The notes: generated by a model not told the origin, from the sequence alone. 63,292 nucleotides of DNA, filler included, from Octopus bimaculoides (GCF_001194135.2; 6 parts of 6 records of this genome joined end to end with filler, not necessarily neighbours in it); one strand, 5' to 3'; positions 39,892 through 53,417 are shown, counted from the whole stretch's first letter. Translations and numbers: made by a program.

Positions 39892-41561
39892 CCTCTCTCT
39901 CTCTCTTCTGCTCAGTTTCCTTTCGTCAAATTCTGCTTAAAAGGCATTGGTCAATCCAGGGCTATGGTTGAAGACTTATGTTCAAAGTTTGTTTAAAAAA
40001 TTGAGCTGGACACTTCCTGGTTAAGTGCAGTAAGTTTAGATTTTTGATTGAGTTGTCTAAAGCACTGGTTTTTAGCCCTCAATCTCTTCAGAGGTGAAGG
40101 ATCAAATGATACCATTGCCAAATATTAATATGGTTTGTGGATTGTTGAATAGGGGGATATGGAACTAAATGCTTTGTATTTAGTTATGTCTCTTTATGAT
40201 TTGGATTTGAATCCTATTCAGTTACTCTTTACCTTTCTTCTGAAGTCAGTGTTATTGGTGCTATCCATTGAAGGCAGTACTCCAGTATATACATAGTCCA
40301 GTGTCAGAAAACAATAAAAGAATGACCGAACTATATAAGTTATGCATTCAATAGCTATTATTAGTATTAAACAATGTTTATTATTATAATTATTTGAGCT
40401 AGTTGTAAGGAAAAAACAAAAAAATAACTAAGCATAAGTACCACAATAAGTAGTTATGGCACTGGGATATTGACTCAAAGATTACCCTAAACAAATCATC
40501 TACCTCAATTTGTTCTTCTTTCAACTTTGTTTGAAGAGTAATTTGTAATAAGAGGAACAGCTGCAAAAATGTTTCCAAAATTTTAATTTTCAAAATGGTA
40601 AATGTTAACTAGTGTTAGTGTTAGTGTAAGAAAACATGTAAAAACCATTCACAGAAATGAACACTAGGAAAACAAAATAATTATTGACAAACAATCTCAT
40701 TATACCAATTATTCTCATAAGTGTGACTTTTTAAAAAATTTTAATATGGAGCTGTTCAATTAGCTACTTCTTAAGAATTTTCACACTGGAATTTGCTAAT
40801 TAGCACATGATAATGAAATAGTTGCTGTCTTGGAAGCTTGGAACTATCAGTAGGATAAAGAGCACTGGGGTTAATGTAACTGACTATTCTCCTCCCCTAA
40901 AATCACTAGCCATGTACCCAAAATTAAAGCCATTATTATTATTTTCTTTTCAGTATTTTGCTGAGGTCGACTTTGCCTTTCTTCCTTTTGGGGTCAATAA
41001 AATAAGTACCAGTTGAGCACTAGGTCAATTTAATCAACTAACCCCCGCCTCCAAAATTTCAGGACTTGAGCCTTTTTTTGAAAGGATTATTAATTTTTGT
41101 ATTGTTTCCAAATGTATATTATTTAGCGTATCTCTGAAACTTCTTCAAAAGGCAGAGGCGAGCAACTTGTGGCAGTTCTAATACATCTTCAAATAAAACA
41201 CATTCAAAGGGATATTAAGCTTTTTTACTTCCATTGCTCACCAAATGTTGTTCATCACTCAACTGTATTTATTAATTTGAAGCTTAACCAGTTGATAGTA
41301 TTAAAGATACTATCCACCCAATGGACTTCTACATTTTCTCTCTATGGTAAAGATAATTGTCCTATACCAGCAGTGTATCAAACTCAGGACCTCGTGGTTG
41401 TGAAAGAAACTTCTTAACCATTCAAACATGTCTGCATTCCAAATATGTGTGTGTACTTGTCATGTGTAACCAACTGGCACTCCATCAGTTACGACAACAA
41501 AGGTTCCAGTTGATCAATGGAATAGCCTCCTCATGAAATTAACATGCAAGTAGCCTAGCAC

Positions 41562-41883
41562 TAAGCAAGCCATTCATTTTGTTTTGTCATGGAGAAAACT
41601 TCTCACTATAGACAAATTGTATAAACACACCTAAATCAGCTCACAGCGCCACCTACTCAGACTGTGAGATGATAGCATTTTGGAGTGGTTATCTCCTCTT
41701 ATCAGCTTGCAGTTCACAACAGTTCATTCTTTTTTTTTTTTTTTGTATGAAGATAACCACTCCAAAATGCTAGCATCTCACAGTCTGGATAGGCGACCCT
41801 GCAAGCTGATTTAGATGTATTTTCACCATTTGTCTATAGTGAGAAATTTTCTCCATGACAAAACACAGTGAATGGTTTGCTTA
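41562..41883. mobile_element. TA-flanked fold-back MITE (~133-bp arms, 56-bp loop) nested in a SINE
   Basis: 41562-41694 vs 41751-41883 inverted; the host SINE (homologous to 7860-8185) stops at 41561 and resumes near 41960. Confidence 0.78.
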
Positions 41884-44800
41884 TGGATTTGAACATGCTA
41901 TATAAGCATATTTAAACTGGTAATAATATTGCATTTATAAACATCACTGCTTAGCATTCCCACTCCTTAAATAGAATGTGACAAGGCTGATCGTTTGAAA
42001 TACAGGCACAACATGTTTTCGCAAGCTGAGTGGCCTGCAGCAATGTGAAATAAAGAGGCTTGCTCAAGGACATAACCCACAGCCTTATAATCATGAGCTG
42101 AATCCCCTTAACCACTAAATCATGCACCTCTGAGCTTGTCATGTGTAAGGTAAAATATACATACACACTTATGCACATATAAAATAAATAGATATATATG
42201 CATACACACACAGTCTATATTAGTGTGATAGGTGATTGCCTGGTATTTATAAACAGAGGTATTCTTTAGTGAGTGTTCAACCTTATTAACTAAGGATTCA
42301 GGGGTTGTAAGTCCTACTTTTCCCAAGGGCATTTATAGTACAAGAGAAATAACTACAACCAGGAATCAAAACAAATGGTACAAATTTGGGGGTGATTGCG
42401 AGACAACTTGTTTTATCTTTTACTGGTTTTAGTCATGTGATTGTAGACATGCTGAATAAAGTTTATTTCATTGTTCATGAAGGATGAAACCAAAACAGAT
42501 CTGGACAAGATTTGAACTCACAATATAGTGGTGTTTCCTCCATCACATTACTAATCCTGCAATTTATATTGACATAAAATTTTAATGCAAATGATTAATC
42601 ATTAGTTTAACATTAAAAGTGAATGTAAACCTATTAACAAGAAGAGAATTTATTTTTTGTTTGCACTGTTTCTTTCTCAAAATAGGAATAATTGTTTACC
42701 TACCTTCCCTAAACATTTTACCTCTGCAACATGTTTAACTGCTTCACCTGATCCTATGAGTAACTTAGTTGTGATAAATATGTTGCTGTGGATAGCATAT
42801 AGTGCAAATGAATGCTACATTCAAAGAGAAAATGTTTAACACTGTTTTTTTAAATTATTTTCTGTGGTTTAAGGTGTTAATCAGGATTCTCCTTCCAGTA
42901 CCTAGCATAGTAAGATGCTCCAACTTATCTTAGGTAAAGATCAGAATTAACCCTAGAACATGAATAAAGAATAACTCAATGACTAAAGCTTCAAAATCAA
43001 CCAAAGCAAAGTTTTGTAAACTCTCCTTTTTATTATGTTATCTTTACATAACACTATAACATTTCGTTTGTATGACTCATCAAATTTCTACACTGGCTGG
43101 GAAGACACACTGCAAATCATACACATGACAACTATGTTGGTATGGACATGTAACACAAATAGATGATATATATTTAGAGAAACTAACTCTCTCTTTTTTT
43201 TTATATTATCTTGTTTGCCTTCTGAATTATTTTCTGTGATTTAAGATATTAAATAACCCCAATTGATATGATATACTATGTATGCATGTATGTATGGATG
43301 GATGGATGCATGCTTGCATGCTGGATATTTTCATTTGTGTGTGCAAATGTGGTGCATTGATAAACATGGTTGCAAAATACTTTTTATAAATCAACATAAT
43401 TGAAAAGATATATTGTTTTTTACTTTGAATTTGGTCAACACAGTTACAGATGATGAGCAGTAGTTTCTTAGAATTCATAGAGTGACAGAGCAGACAAAAT
43501 ACTTTGTGCAGTTATGTTGCCTTCATTCTGAGTTCAAATTCAACTTTGTCTTTCATCTTTCCAGGATCAATAAAATAAGTACCAGTCTACAAATGCTGGG
43601 CTTGATTAAATCAGCTGTACTCTTGATGGTGGCCACAGTCCAATGAATGAAACCAGAAAAAATATTTCTTTCAATCTTTCTTTGTTCTTCAAATCTGGAT
43701 ATTTGCATGAATTATTGGAGGGCAGCATTTGTAGATTTATCTACTTCCTAATGCCAACTATTTTATAATCAAATTTAAGACATGTAGAGTAACGTATCCT
43801 TGCTAACTCCAACAATGAATGAGCACATGCAAACAAAAGTAGATGAATGTAATATATAAATGCATGAATTTCACATGATGAAGTGGTTGGTGACATTAGA
43901 GCATGCAACCCTAAAAACCATGTCAAAAGTAACATAATATACACAACAGAGTTGGCCAGTTTTTCTCTGTTGCTTTTGTTTCCTTTGTGAAGAACTGCAG
44001 TGAGTTGTGAGAAACATTCAACTCATTTTTGAAAAACAAACAGAAAATACCAATGATAATAAAAGAAACAATCAGCTGGTCTTTTGGAAGTTCATACAAT
44101 ATTCTCATGGGTCATATGTTGCCAGTTTTTCATTCATAGTAATGATCCTAAAGCAAATCTCTCTCTCTCACACACACACATGTGTGCGATATGGTTTGTT
44201 TGCCATTTAACTGTTTCATTGCCATATTTCTAATCTAATGAAATATACCATGTGTATTTCAATTAAGTTTTAAAATACTCAGTAATTTTGAGAGTTGAAT
44301 AAAATCAATGATTTTTCCATTATCATATTCCATTTTCTTACACACACTGATGAAGGAAAACTTAAATTCAAGTATAAACCCTTTTAAAACAGATGGTTTT
44401 GTATCATAGAATGAAAGGCAGTCTCAGATGAATTGTGTATACATGCAAAAGATGTTTTATTTATTTACATCATTAAAAAATAAAATGCTTACAGTATTGA
44501 AAAATGAAGAGTGAACAATTATGGATAATGTATATAAATTGTGTTCTTGTTTTGAGGTGTACTTATAAAAAAGGGGCTTCTTCATTTTCTGCTTTGTATT
44601 TCTTCCCTTATATTCAGCAGAAGATTATAATTGAAGAAAATTATGTAACTAAATACTCTCTCTCTCTCTGCTCAAAAATAGTTGTTGGGTCATGTATTAA
44701 CCAATATGGAAGCAAAACTTTAAGTGCATTTTTTGAAAGCTGCTGGCTTCAGCATCACAGGCTGAAATATATCAGAAATTTGACTGCTTTGTTTTAGAAG

Positions 44801-47800
44801 CTGCCTACTGTGATGTTAGTTTTGCAAGATACTCTGGAACAGAAGCAAGTGGAGCAAGTTTTGTTGCTATTGTTGTTTAACTCTAGATCGGCATTGTTCT
44901 GGAGGACCTGTAATCTGTCAATCCTGGCCATAACTAACCCATCTTATTTGTAGACAGTGTCCAGGACTAAAGATGGTAAGCAGGATTTAGTTGTTATTTC
45001 TTGCATGTCGAACAACTGCATAAGTACTTTTTTTGAGGATCATCAAGTGAGTTTTATTATGTAGTACTTCAATCAAAACTTGGAACATTGTGTCATTGAT
45101 AAAATGACACAGGATGGAAAACTTCTGCAATACAAATTTACTGGAAGTCATGGTACCATGGAAAAATGAATACAACTACAATAATAATGATATAATGACT
45201 GAGAGGTGAATGAAACTAACACATAAGTCATTAGTTCAAACTCAGCTGAAATCATTGCACTACCATAGGGTTAATTATTTTATTCTGTTTACTCTCTTAA
45301 TCATGCCCTGTTGCTAAATGAACACAATCCTCCTTTGATATCACACCAAAATATTAAACAGCTCTGTGCATTTTCCTATGTAATTTAAATGCAAACTTAT
45401 TTGTAAGTTTGATTTTCTGATAACCACTTCCCCAAAGCTAAAGAGGTTTTATAAAATATTAAATGTAAATGCATTTGATAATCCCTTGATATAATTATAT
45501 TATATTAAGTTCACCAATGAGTACTAAATTCAAGGACCCTTGGATTAGCATTCCACAATGTCAAACAATGAATTTGCAACTGCAGAAAGAAGCAGCTTTT
45601 GGTTTTCAATAATTTTAGCCTAATAGTGCATTTAATATGCATTAGAATGTCTAATATATATATATATAGTTTTATATTTGCTTCAATATTATAATGACTG
45701 TTATAGTTATATCCAAGAAATTAACAAAGATTTTAAAATTTAGGTATTATTAGTGTTAGTGTTATTATATATCTCAATTAATTCTTAAACTTTTTGGGAA
45801 TGGTTGGCAAATGAATAAGTAAAAAGTGGACAGGCCTGATGCAGACCTGGAGTAGAGAGAGCATATCACTGATGAGGTTGCAAATGGCAAAGAAAAAACT
45901 TATACTTACCTGATTGATTGAATAACAGAACAATTAATCAAACAAGCAATTAGTTATTGGTTAAATTGTTAACTGACTAATGATGATAATAAAAGAAGTG
46001 AAATAGAATCAGTGTGTGTTGTAGTTACTGAGATAATAAAGGGTAAAGATCCCCTTCGACCATGAATGACCATGGGGTTGCATCTAGAAAGTTCCCCTCT
46101 GAGGCACAAGTCCGGGCAAGGTTGTTCATAAAAGACCAGCAGTCAACCAAGCATACCAGCCTCTTCTCTATACTGTTTGGCACCAGTGATGCAACTCATT
46201 TCTACAGCTGAATGAACTGGAACAGCATGAAATAAAGTGTCTTGCTGAAGAACACGACACAGCCCAGTCTGGGAATTGAATGCTCTAACCACTGAGCCAT
46301 GCACCTTCACTGGCATAATAACCCTTCCAATAAAATAAAAGAAGACTCTACTATTTCAAAATGTAGTGTAATTTTCTAAAATTGAGATTTTTCAATTGCT
46401 GGTCATTTAAAAATAACTGTTTGGGATAATACCCTAAAATGTAGAAAAGATTTGTAAGCCAATGTTATTTTCCTTATGAAAAAAAATCCACTTATACAAA
46501 ATATACTTCAAAATTTCCAATTTAGTATAAAACTTTTACGCTAAGGATCAAATTAAAACCCTAGAGATTCCAAACCCAGGATTTGATGCTATTTGATCTA
46601 ATTTTTAGATATTTAATTTATTTTATAAAATAACTCTATAACTTGATTAAAAATTCAGAGTGGTTGATAGGATAAAAAAAGTTATTCTGGAAAGAAGTTT
46701 CAGCTACAATTGATATATATTTGTGTTTGCCAAATTTATGTGAGGAGAAACCAATAGGATTAATGGCAAAAATATTAAGTAACTTTTGTAGCTTATTTTT
46801 ATTTTTTTTACTTGAGTTTAGCTGTTTTCTCCATTTTTTTTTTCCTTTTTAGTATATTTATTAAAATACTATGTTGGCGTATTTATTACATAAACACACT
46901 GACATAACAATACAGTCTTGGTATTGAATATTTGACTTGGCTACATGCCTACTTATGTTTTCTTGGCTGGTATTTTTCTTTTTATTTCTTTTACATTTGG
47001 GTTTTAAAGTTTCTGAGAGATTTGAATTTTAAATTCTATTTGAGCTGCTGAAGTTCTATATTTCACATTTTTTAAAAATCTTTTGTTAAGAATGATCAAT
47101 GCATCTTGTTTATATTACTCTTAGTTAATGTATTTTGTAGTTTTTATTTTCTTATTTGCATGTTGCATTGAAACATTTTAAAGAAGTGTTTGCATGCACA
47201 CAGCATCCAACAAAAGAAAACAGTTGTTTAAATAGTATTTTTTAAATATATATTTCACTGAACAGACCAAAAGTTCATGTATACTGAGCAGGAGTATCAC
47301 TTGAATGTATTCATTGTATTGTCTGTATATTTACACTCAACAATGTGGAATAAATGTAGGATATATTCAAGTTGGATATTACTCTGTGAGTTACATTTGT
47401 TCTTGGATCCAAGAGAAATGTATTGTCAGCAATAACAATGCATTTGTTGACTTAGAGATGTTCATAAATATCATAAGTATTAAGAAAGCTCTTGAGTGTT
47501 AAAAGTTGTTGTAATCACTTGTGAGTCCAACATGGAATTCAATGTACTGAATATCTCAAGGCAACTTTCTTTTCTTGTCTTTTGTGGAAGTGATTGTTGT
47601 GCACCAAGAATTACTATAAGTAAAGGCATATATCATCTGTAAGATTTTGATTAATATCAGGTAGATTTACAAGAAAGCCTAAATAATTTTAAAAATTAAA
47701 AAATAAGAAATTGGGATAGTTAAAAGAGGTAGTTTAAAAAAAAAAATACATATTATACAAATAGAATAGGTTATGAATAAGAAGGGGAAAAAGATATATA

Positions 47801-48213
47801 AAGGCAAAATAGTCACCGAAATAGCATCAAAAGGTGTTTGCATATATCAGTAGTAAAAAGTAAAAAGTATCATACAGAGTGGTAATAGGAAATTATGATA
47901 ATAATAATAATAGGTGAGAGAGACGTGTATCTAAGTACATATTGTAAAAGAAATAGATTACATACAAATAATGTATATATATGTGTATATTAAGTAGAAG
48001 TCCAAAAATTGTCAAAAAATATATATTGAGAAAAAGTGGAAGGTATATGAATATTTGGTATAGGTGTTATATTAATGAAATGAGGGTCATACAATATAGG
48101 AGGCGGGTGGGTGAATAACGTATGAATATCCAGGTAGTGTAAGATAATTAATGTAGAGAGTATTGTAGAAAAGAAATCTGATGCCATAGATAGGCATAAT
48201 GTAGAAAAAGGTA

Positions 48214-51064
48214 TTATACAGAAAAACTAAATTATAAGAAGGAATAAGATAAAAGTAGTTAAGGTAGTGGGGTGGAAAGATTATTTAAAATTAATAAAAA
48301 GGAATTTTGACATATGTCTGCAAAAAAAAACTTTTTCATCTCTCGAATTAACAAGAAAACCGCTCATTTTCATTATTTTGTAACTTTCCTCTAGGCATAA
48401 TTTGCAGTTATAATGTCTATAAGATGGAACTGAAGAAAGTATTTTCCAAGAAACCAAGTAATCTATATTGCTTCTTTTGAGTTACCAAACCTTTTTGGAT
48501 AAACCTGTGCTATTTTCTTTTCTAAGGTCATTAAAAGATGGTTTATGATTATTTAATCTTAATTTGAAAGAATTTTGTATACATTCGATGTAAGTAAATT
48601 TAGAGAGATTATGGGTAATGATTGTTGCTTGGTATACTACATCATCCATTTTACAGTTACCATCTACCTCACAAGTACTTGGGTTTCTACAATTACAATT
48701 AGAATTTTAGTTGGTACTCTATTGTTATGTCTATATGTATTAGGGGCAATTGAGTTTTGGTTATTCTGATAATTGTTGTTATTAGATATGGAATTATTAG
48801 GGTTAGTAGGTATTTTAGAAGGAGGTTTTTTTTTTTAATAATAGAATTGGTCTAGTTTCTTATTGTTAAATGAGGAGATGATCCTAAATAGGTTTGGAGA
48901 TAATGAAAATCCAAATCTGATCATTTTGTTATTAAATAATATTTCTAATGGATTTAATAAAATTAGATTTGAGATGTTTTGCAAAAGGAATTATGTTCCA
49001 AATGATGTTACTTTTGTTTTCTTTATTATCGTAGTGGTTTATATTTTGTGGGTCATCTATTCTTACATATGGTATAGGTTTCTATGTTAGAGGTTAGATT
49101 TTTTATAATATTATAAGGATGGTTACTTTGTGCATGTATGTATGTATGTGACATTGTTGTTAAGTTTATGGTAAGGTTGATAACATGATGTATTAAGGTT
49201 AAAGTTAATGTCTAGGAAGTTCACTGAGTTGTTATCTTTTTCAGTGGTGATGGCTAGTCCTTGGTTTTTGAAGAATTTCTGTAATCTTTTTTTGTATAGT
49301 TCAAGTTTCCTGTTGGAGGTATTTCTAACTAAGAATAGTGCATTGTCTTGGTAAAGACCACCTTCCAATTCAGGGGAATTCTTCTTTGAGTAAGTGTAAA
49401 AGGTAAATTCCGACTAAGTTGGTGACTTCAGCGGAGTCTTGTGCGTCCATGGACATATCGAAACAATCTGGAGTATCCTTCCTAGTTCAATATTTACCTT
49501 GATGAGAGGTTATAGTTTTTCTAGCTTCAAGTATTATTTTAATTTCATTCATTGATAAATTAGTCTTATTTTTGGTGAATATAAGTGCCTTATTAAGTAA
49601 TATAAGGTTGATAGACTGATAATAGTTGTCTATGTTGAGTTGGATAAATTTACATTTTTTTCTTATCTTTTATGCTGGTGTTTTTGACCATAAGTTGAGT
49701 TTAATTTTAGATTTCAGTAATTGCAGGATTTTATCTAAGATGAATTTGCTTAGTTTTCCAATGTCAAATTTGCAGGGGCAGATGAGCCTAACCTTTGGAT
49801 CCATATGGAAAGTAGGTTTGCAATTTTTCAGGCTAATTCGAGGCCTAGATGGTTCATAGACTTCGGTAACATCATCAATTTTATATTCGCTCATTATTTG
49901 TTTTGCTTTTAAGTTAATAGATTTTAGGACATCTTTCTTTATAATCTTATATTTCTTTATTATTTCTTTGTGTAGGAGCTTATGGTATAGAGCTACATCT
50001 ACATTGTATAGGTTTCCTGTTTTGTCGGATTGCACGATTATACCTTGTAATTGTTGGAATTCATTAACTTTCTTCTTCTTCAAATAACGTAGGCGATTAT
50101 TCTTTAGAACATTTTTTTAAAACTTAATATTTCTCAGTAAGTTACATAGGTCTCTTCAAAATTTTCTAATATCCTATTTGCTAGGGGGATTTTTTGGATT
50201 TCATGAGTTCTTTGTTGGTTTTGCAGTCTAATTTTTCTTCTGTACTATTTTTTTTGTTAAAGAAAAGAGCTTTCCATCGCATTCTTCTGGTGAGATCATA
50301 GAATTTAGTTAATGTATTCCTTATGGGTAGGTAAAGGGATGTCCTTAAGAGATGTTTCAATATTGATCTTCTCCATTTTTATTTTTATTAGAAATCGGTT
50401 TTCTTATTAATATAAAATATATTAATAATGTTAATAGAAATATATGTGAGAAAAGATTGAGTTCTATTTCATCCTTTACTTTGTGGGGTTCCAAAGGTAG
50501 GTTTCAAATGATTCTTCATATTACATAGGTAGCTTAGTATTGTACTTTTTGAATATGAAAATGTTACAAGTATAAGGTGTCTTATGAGCATTTATGGAAC
50601 ACATATTCTATAGAAACCCAACAAACAATTAAAGATAGAGAAGAGAAGGTGTTACAAGTTTAAAAAAAATTTAATCCATGCATATGATCGTTTCGAAAGG
50701 TAATATTCTTTCAAATTAAGATTAAATAATCATAAACCATCTTTTAATGACCCTAGAAAAGAAAATAGCATAGGTCTATCCAAAAAGGTTTGGCAACTCA
50801 AAAGAAGCAATATAGATTACTCGATTTCTTGGAAAATACTTTCTTCAGCTCCATCTTATCGACATTATAACTGCAAATTATGCCTAGAGGAAAGTTACAA
50901 AATAATGAAAATGAGCGGTTTTCTTGTTAATTCGAGAAATGAATAAGTTTTTTCTTGCAGATATATGTCAAAATTCCTTTTTATTAATCTTAAATAATCT
51001 TTCCACCCCACTACCTTAACTACTTTTATCTTATTCCTTCTTATAATTTAGTTTTTCTGTATAA
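48214..51064 (-). mobile_element. Penelope-like retroelement with an inverted 3'-end copy at its 5' side
   Basis: 50705-51064 (+) is a 360-bp inverted copy of 48214-48573; it runs into the scaffold join; the 3' UTR probably extends below 48214. Confidence 0.85.
48291..50376 (-). pseudogene. Decayed Penelope-like element ORF (RT + C-terminal GIY-YIG endonuclease)
   Basis: Frameshifted fragments: MEKINIETSLKDIPLP..RRMRWKALFF; SDKTGNLY..KPTFHMDPKVRLICPCKFDIGKLSK; GLYQDNAL (YRDD-type motif) ..VNFLDINFNL; CNCRNPSTCEVDGNC..VVYQAT..FKLRLNNH..CKLCLEE..CRH. Confidence 0.88.
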
Positions 51065-51164
51065 NNNNNNNNNNNNNNNNNNNNNNNNNNNNNNNNNNNN
51101 NNNNNNNNTTAATTAATTAANNNNNNNNNNNNNNNNNNNNNNNNNNNNNNNNNNNNNNNNNNNN
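51065..51164. other. Artificial scaffold-join linker
   Basis: 44N-TTAATTAATTAA-44N. Confidence 0.95.
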
Positions 51165-51199
<35 letters not shown>

Positions 51200-51897
51200 T
51201 CACATATATATACACACACACACATATATATATATTATATATTCGTTCATCGTTATTTTCGCTTTTGTTTTATGTTTTCCCGCCATATTTGTTTATCAAT
51301 ACCAAATCATTCTACCATTCCTCGTTTCCCTTCTTTCTTCTAAACTGTGTTACTAGGACCCCACTGTGATTACTTTATAATAGTCCTCTATTTCTATCAG
51401 ACCCCTTTTCATAACTGTTACGTGTAGTAGTTATATTGGTTCAAAATGACGTGAATAGTTGATTTTTTTTCCTTTTTTTTTTTCCCTGGTGTTCTTGTCT
51501 AGACTAGTTTCCAGTTAATGTTTGCCATATGCCATCCATTTAATGATAAACTCTAAACTAGAGCAATCTCAAGTATCTGTAACCACTCTTATGAGCAGTT
51601 TCTATTTCGTTTTTCATTTTTCATTTTCCTACAGACTTTATTATAACACTCACTGTGTAACACGATTTTTGTCCTTCGGTAGCAACTGTTATTTCTTATT
51701 TGCTTATCCCTAGAAAGTATGAAAGATGGCTAATATTCCCTTCAAGCCTTGTTCAAACCGCCAAAGAATCCCTCTCATCTCATGGCCATCATGCTCCCCC
51801 ATTACTCCTGCTCATCATCAGAGATGCATGTATTGTCAGCCACTAAGAGACATACTCAAGTGGTTAAGGTCAAGCAACTGACAAGAAAATCTGTAGA

Positions 51898-52563
51898 ATT
51901 GAGCAGAATATTTGCCATAACGATATTTCTGCTTCAGCAACTCAGCGCTGAATCTGTGTGAAATGTAATGGAAAATAGGTCAGTTTCAAAACATTGATGC
52001 CCAGGTCAGAAAAGCAAGGTTTGAAGGGAATAGTAGTGATTTCCTTTGATTTCTAGATAGAAGTAAGTAGGAAATAACATTTACTGAGCAAAGACAACAA
52101 GCAAATCTATGGTATTGAGCAGAATATTTGCCATAACGATATTTCTGCTTCAGCAACTCAGCGCTGAATCTGTGTGAAATGTAATGGAAAACNNNNNNNN
52201 NNNNNNNNNNNNNNNNNNNNNNNNNNNNNNNNNNNNNNNNNNNNNNNNNNNNNNNNNNNNNNNNNNNNNNNNNNNNNNNNNNNNNNNNNNNNNNNNNNNN
52301 NNNNNNNNNNNNNNNNNNNNNNNNNNNNNNNNNNNNNNNNNNNNNNNNNNNNNNNNNNNNNNNNNNNNNNNNNNNNNNNNNNNNNNNNNNNNNNNNNNNN
52401 NNNNNNNNNNNNNNNNNNNNNNNNNNNNNNNNNNNNNNNNNNNNNNNNNNNNNNNNNNNNNNNNNNNNNNNNNNNNNNNNNNNNAATTGAGCAGAATATT
52501 TGCCATAACGATATTTCTGCTTCAGCAACTCAGCGCTGAATCTGTGTGAAATGTAATGGAAAA
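51898..52563. repeat. ~216-bp tandem repeat with an invariant 78-bp core (at least 3 copies, spanning a gap)
   Basis: Identical cores at 51898-51975, 52114-52191 and 52486-52563; spacers homologous but diverged. Confidence 0.85.
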
Positions 52564-53317
52564 CAGGGTAATTCGAGAACATTGACGTCGAGGTGACAAA
52601 AGAGTAAAAGAGTCATTTCCTGAGATTTCTGGATATATGCAAATAGGAAATAACACTTACTGACCAGAGAGAAAAGATATAAATTAAAAAGTTGTTACAG
52701 TGTGATTGCTATATCTTTCGTATTCATTAACTCACATCATGTTTTGTTTTGGATATTTTTACAAACATTTTAAGTTTGTGTGTTTTTATATGTAGTTTAG
52801 GTACACCAAAACCCTAGAATTCATGAGGTCAGTGTCTCGCTTGAATTCACTACAAGTGAATAATATCACAACACTAACACCACGGAACGGAACGCTGGTT
52901 CGTTGCAGGGTTAACTTCCGTTGCTATTGCTAGAACTCATTTACATCTGAGTGTACTGGTGTCGTGTGCAATGAAGTGTTTTGCTCAAGAACACAATTTA
53001 TGACCCTGTCCGAGAATTGAAGCTAAAATTTTATAACAGTGACAGTGGTACGCTAAACCACTAGGCCACGCCTCTCCTCACATGGAGTTTAAGTCTTACA
53101 TTTTACATGGAGTTTAGCTCCAATATTTTGCATGTAATTTTGTCCTATGTTTTTTTAATGCCATTTACGTCTATGTTTTTTGCATGGATTTTATCTCCAT
53201 GTTATTAGATGTAGTTTATGTGTATTTACGACATGCATTTTAGCTACTTGTTTAACATGGTCTATATGCCCAGTGCTTAGGGCAGCAGACTCGCGGTCAT
53301 AGGATCGCGGTTTCGAT

Positions 53318-53417
53318 NNNNNNNNNNNNNNNNNNNNNNNNNNNNNNNNNNNNNNNNNNNNTTAATTAATTAANNNNNNNNNNNNNNNNNNNNNNNNNNN
53401 NNNNNNNNNNNNNNNNN
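53318..53417. other. Artificial scaffold-join linker
   Basis: 44N-TTAATTAATTAA-44N. Confidence 0.95.

Noticed and set aside
40230-40310. LDYVYTG (BTB-like motif) on the minus strand
   Set aside because: An isolated 7-aa match; the surrounding residues do not fit a BTB domain.
40504-40560. Possible minus-strand 57-nt exon LFLLLQITLQTKLKEEQIE
   Set aside because: Weak GTAGAT donor and no recognisable homology.
42722-42814. Possible minus-strand 93-nt exon HSFALYAIHSNIFITTKLLIGSGEAVKHVAE
   Set aside because: It has an AG/GT frame but no recognisable homology, is not SCYL2, and such short frames arise by chance; it needs RNA-seq support.
45869-45900. CUGAUGA...GAAA hammerhead candidate
   Set aside because: The stem II base is mismatched, and there is no stem III, cleavage triplet or properly placed stem I.
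45902-45912. ATACTTACCTG, identical to the U1 snRNA 5' end
   Set aside because: The downstream sequence does not resemble U1; it is just a consensus donor-like site on the minus strand with no credible exon.
50377-50704. Hammerhead in the Penelope 5' region
   Set aside because: A GAAAC is present but no CUGANGA with a valid stem II on either strand.
51898-52563. CRISPR-like reading of the repeat-spacer array
   Set aside because: Eukaryotic context, a 78-bp repeat with ~138-bp mutually homologous spacers, and no cas genes.
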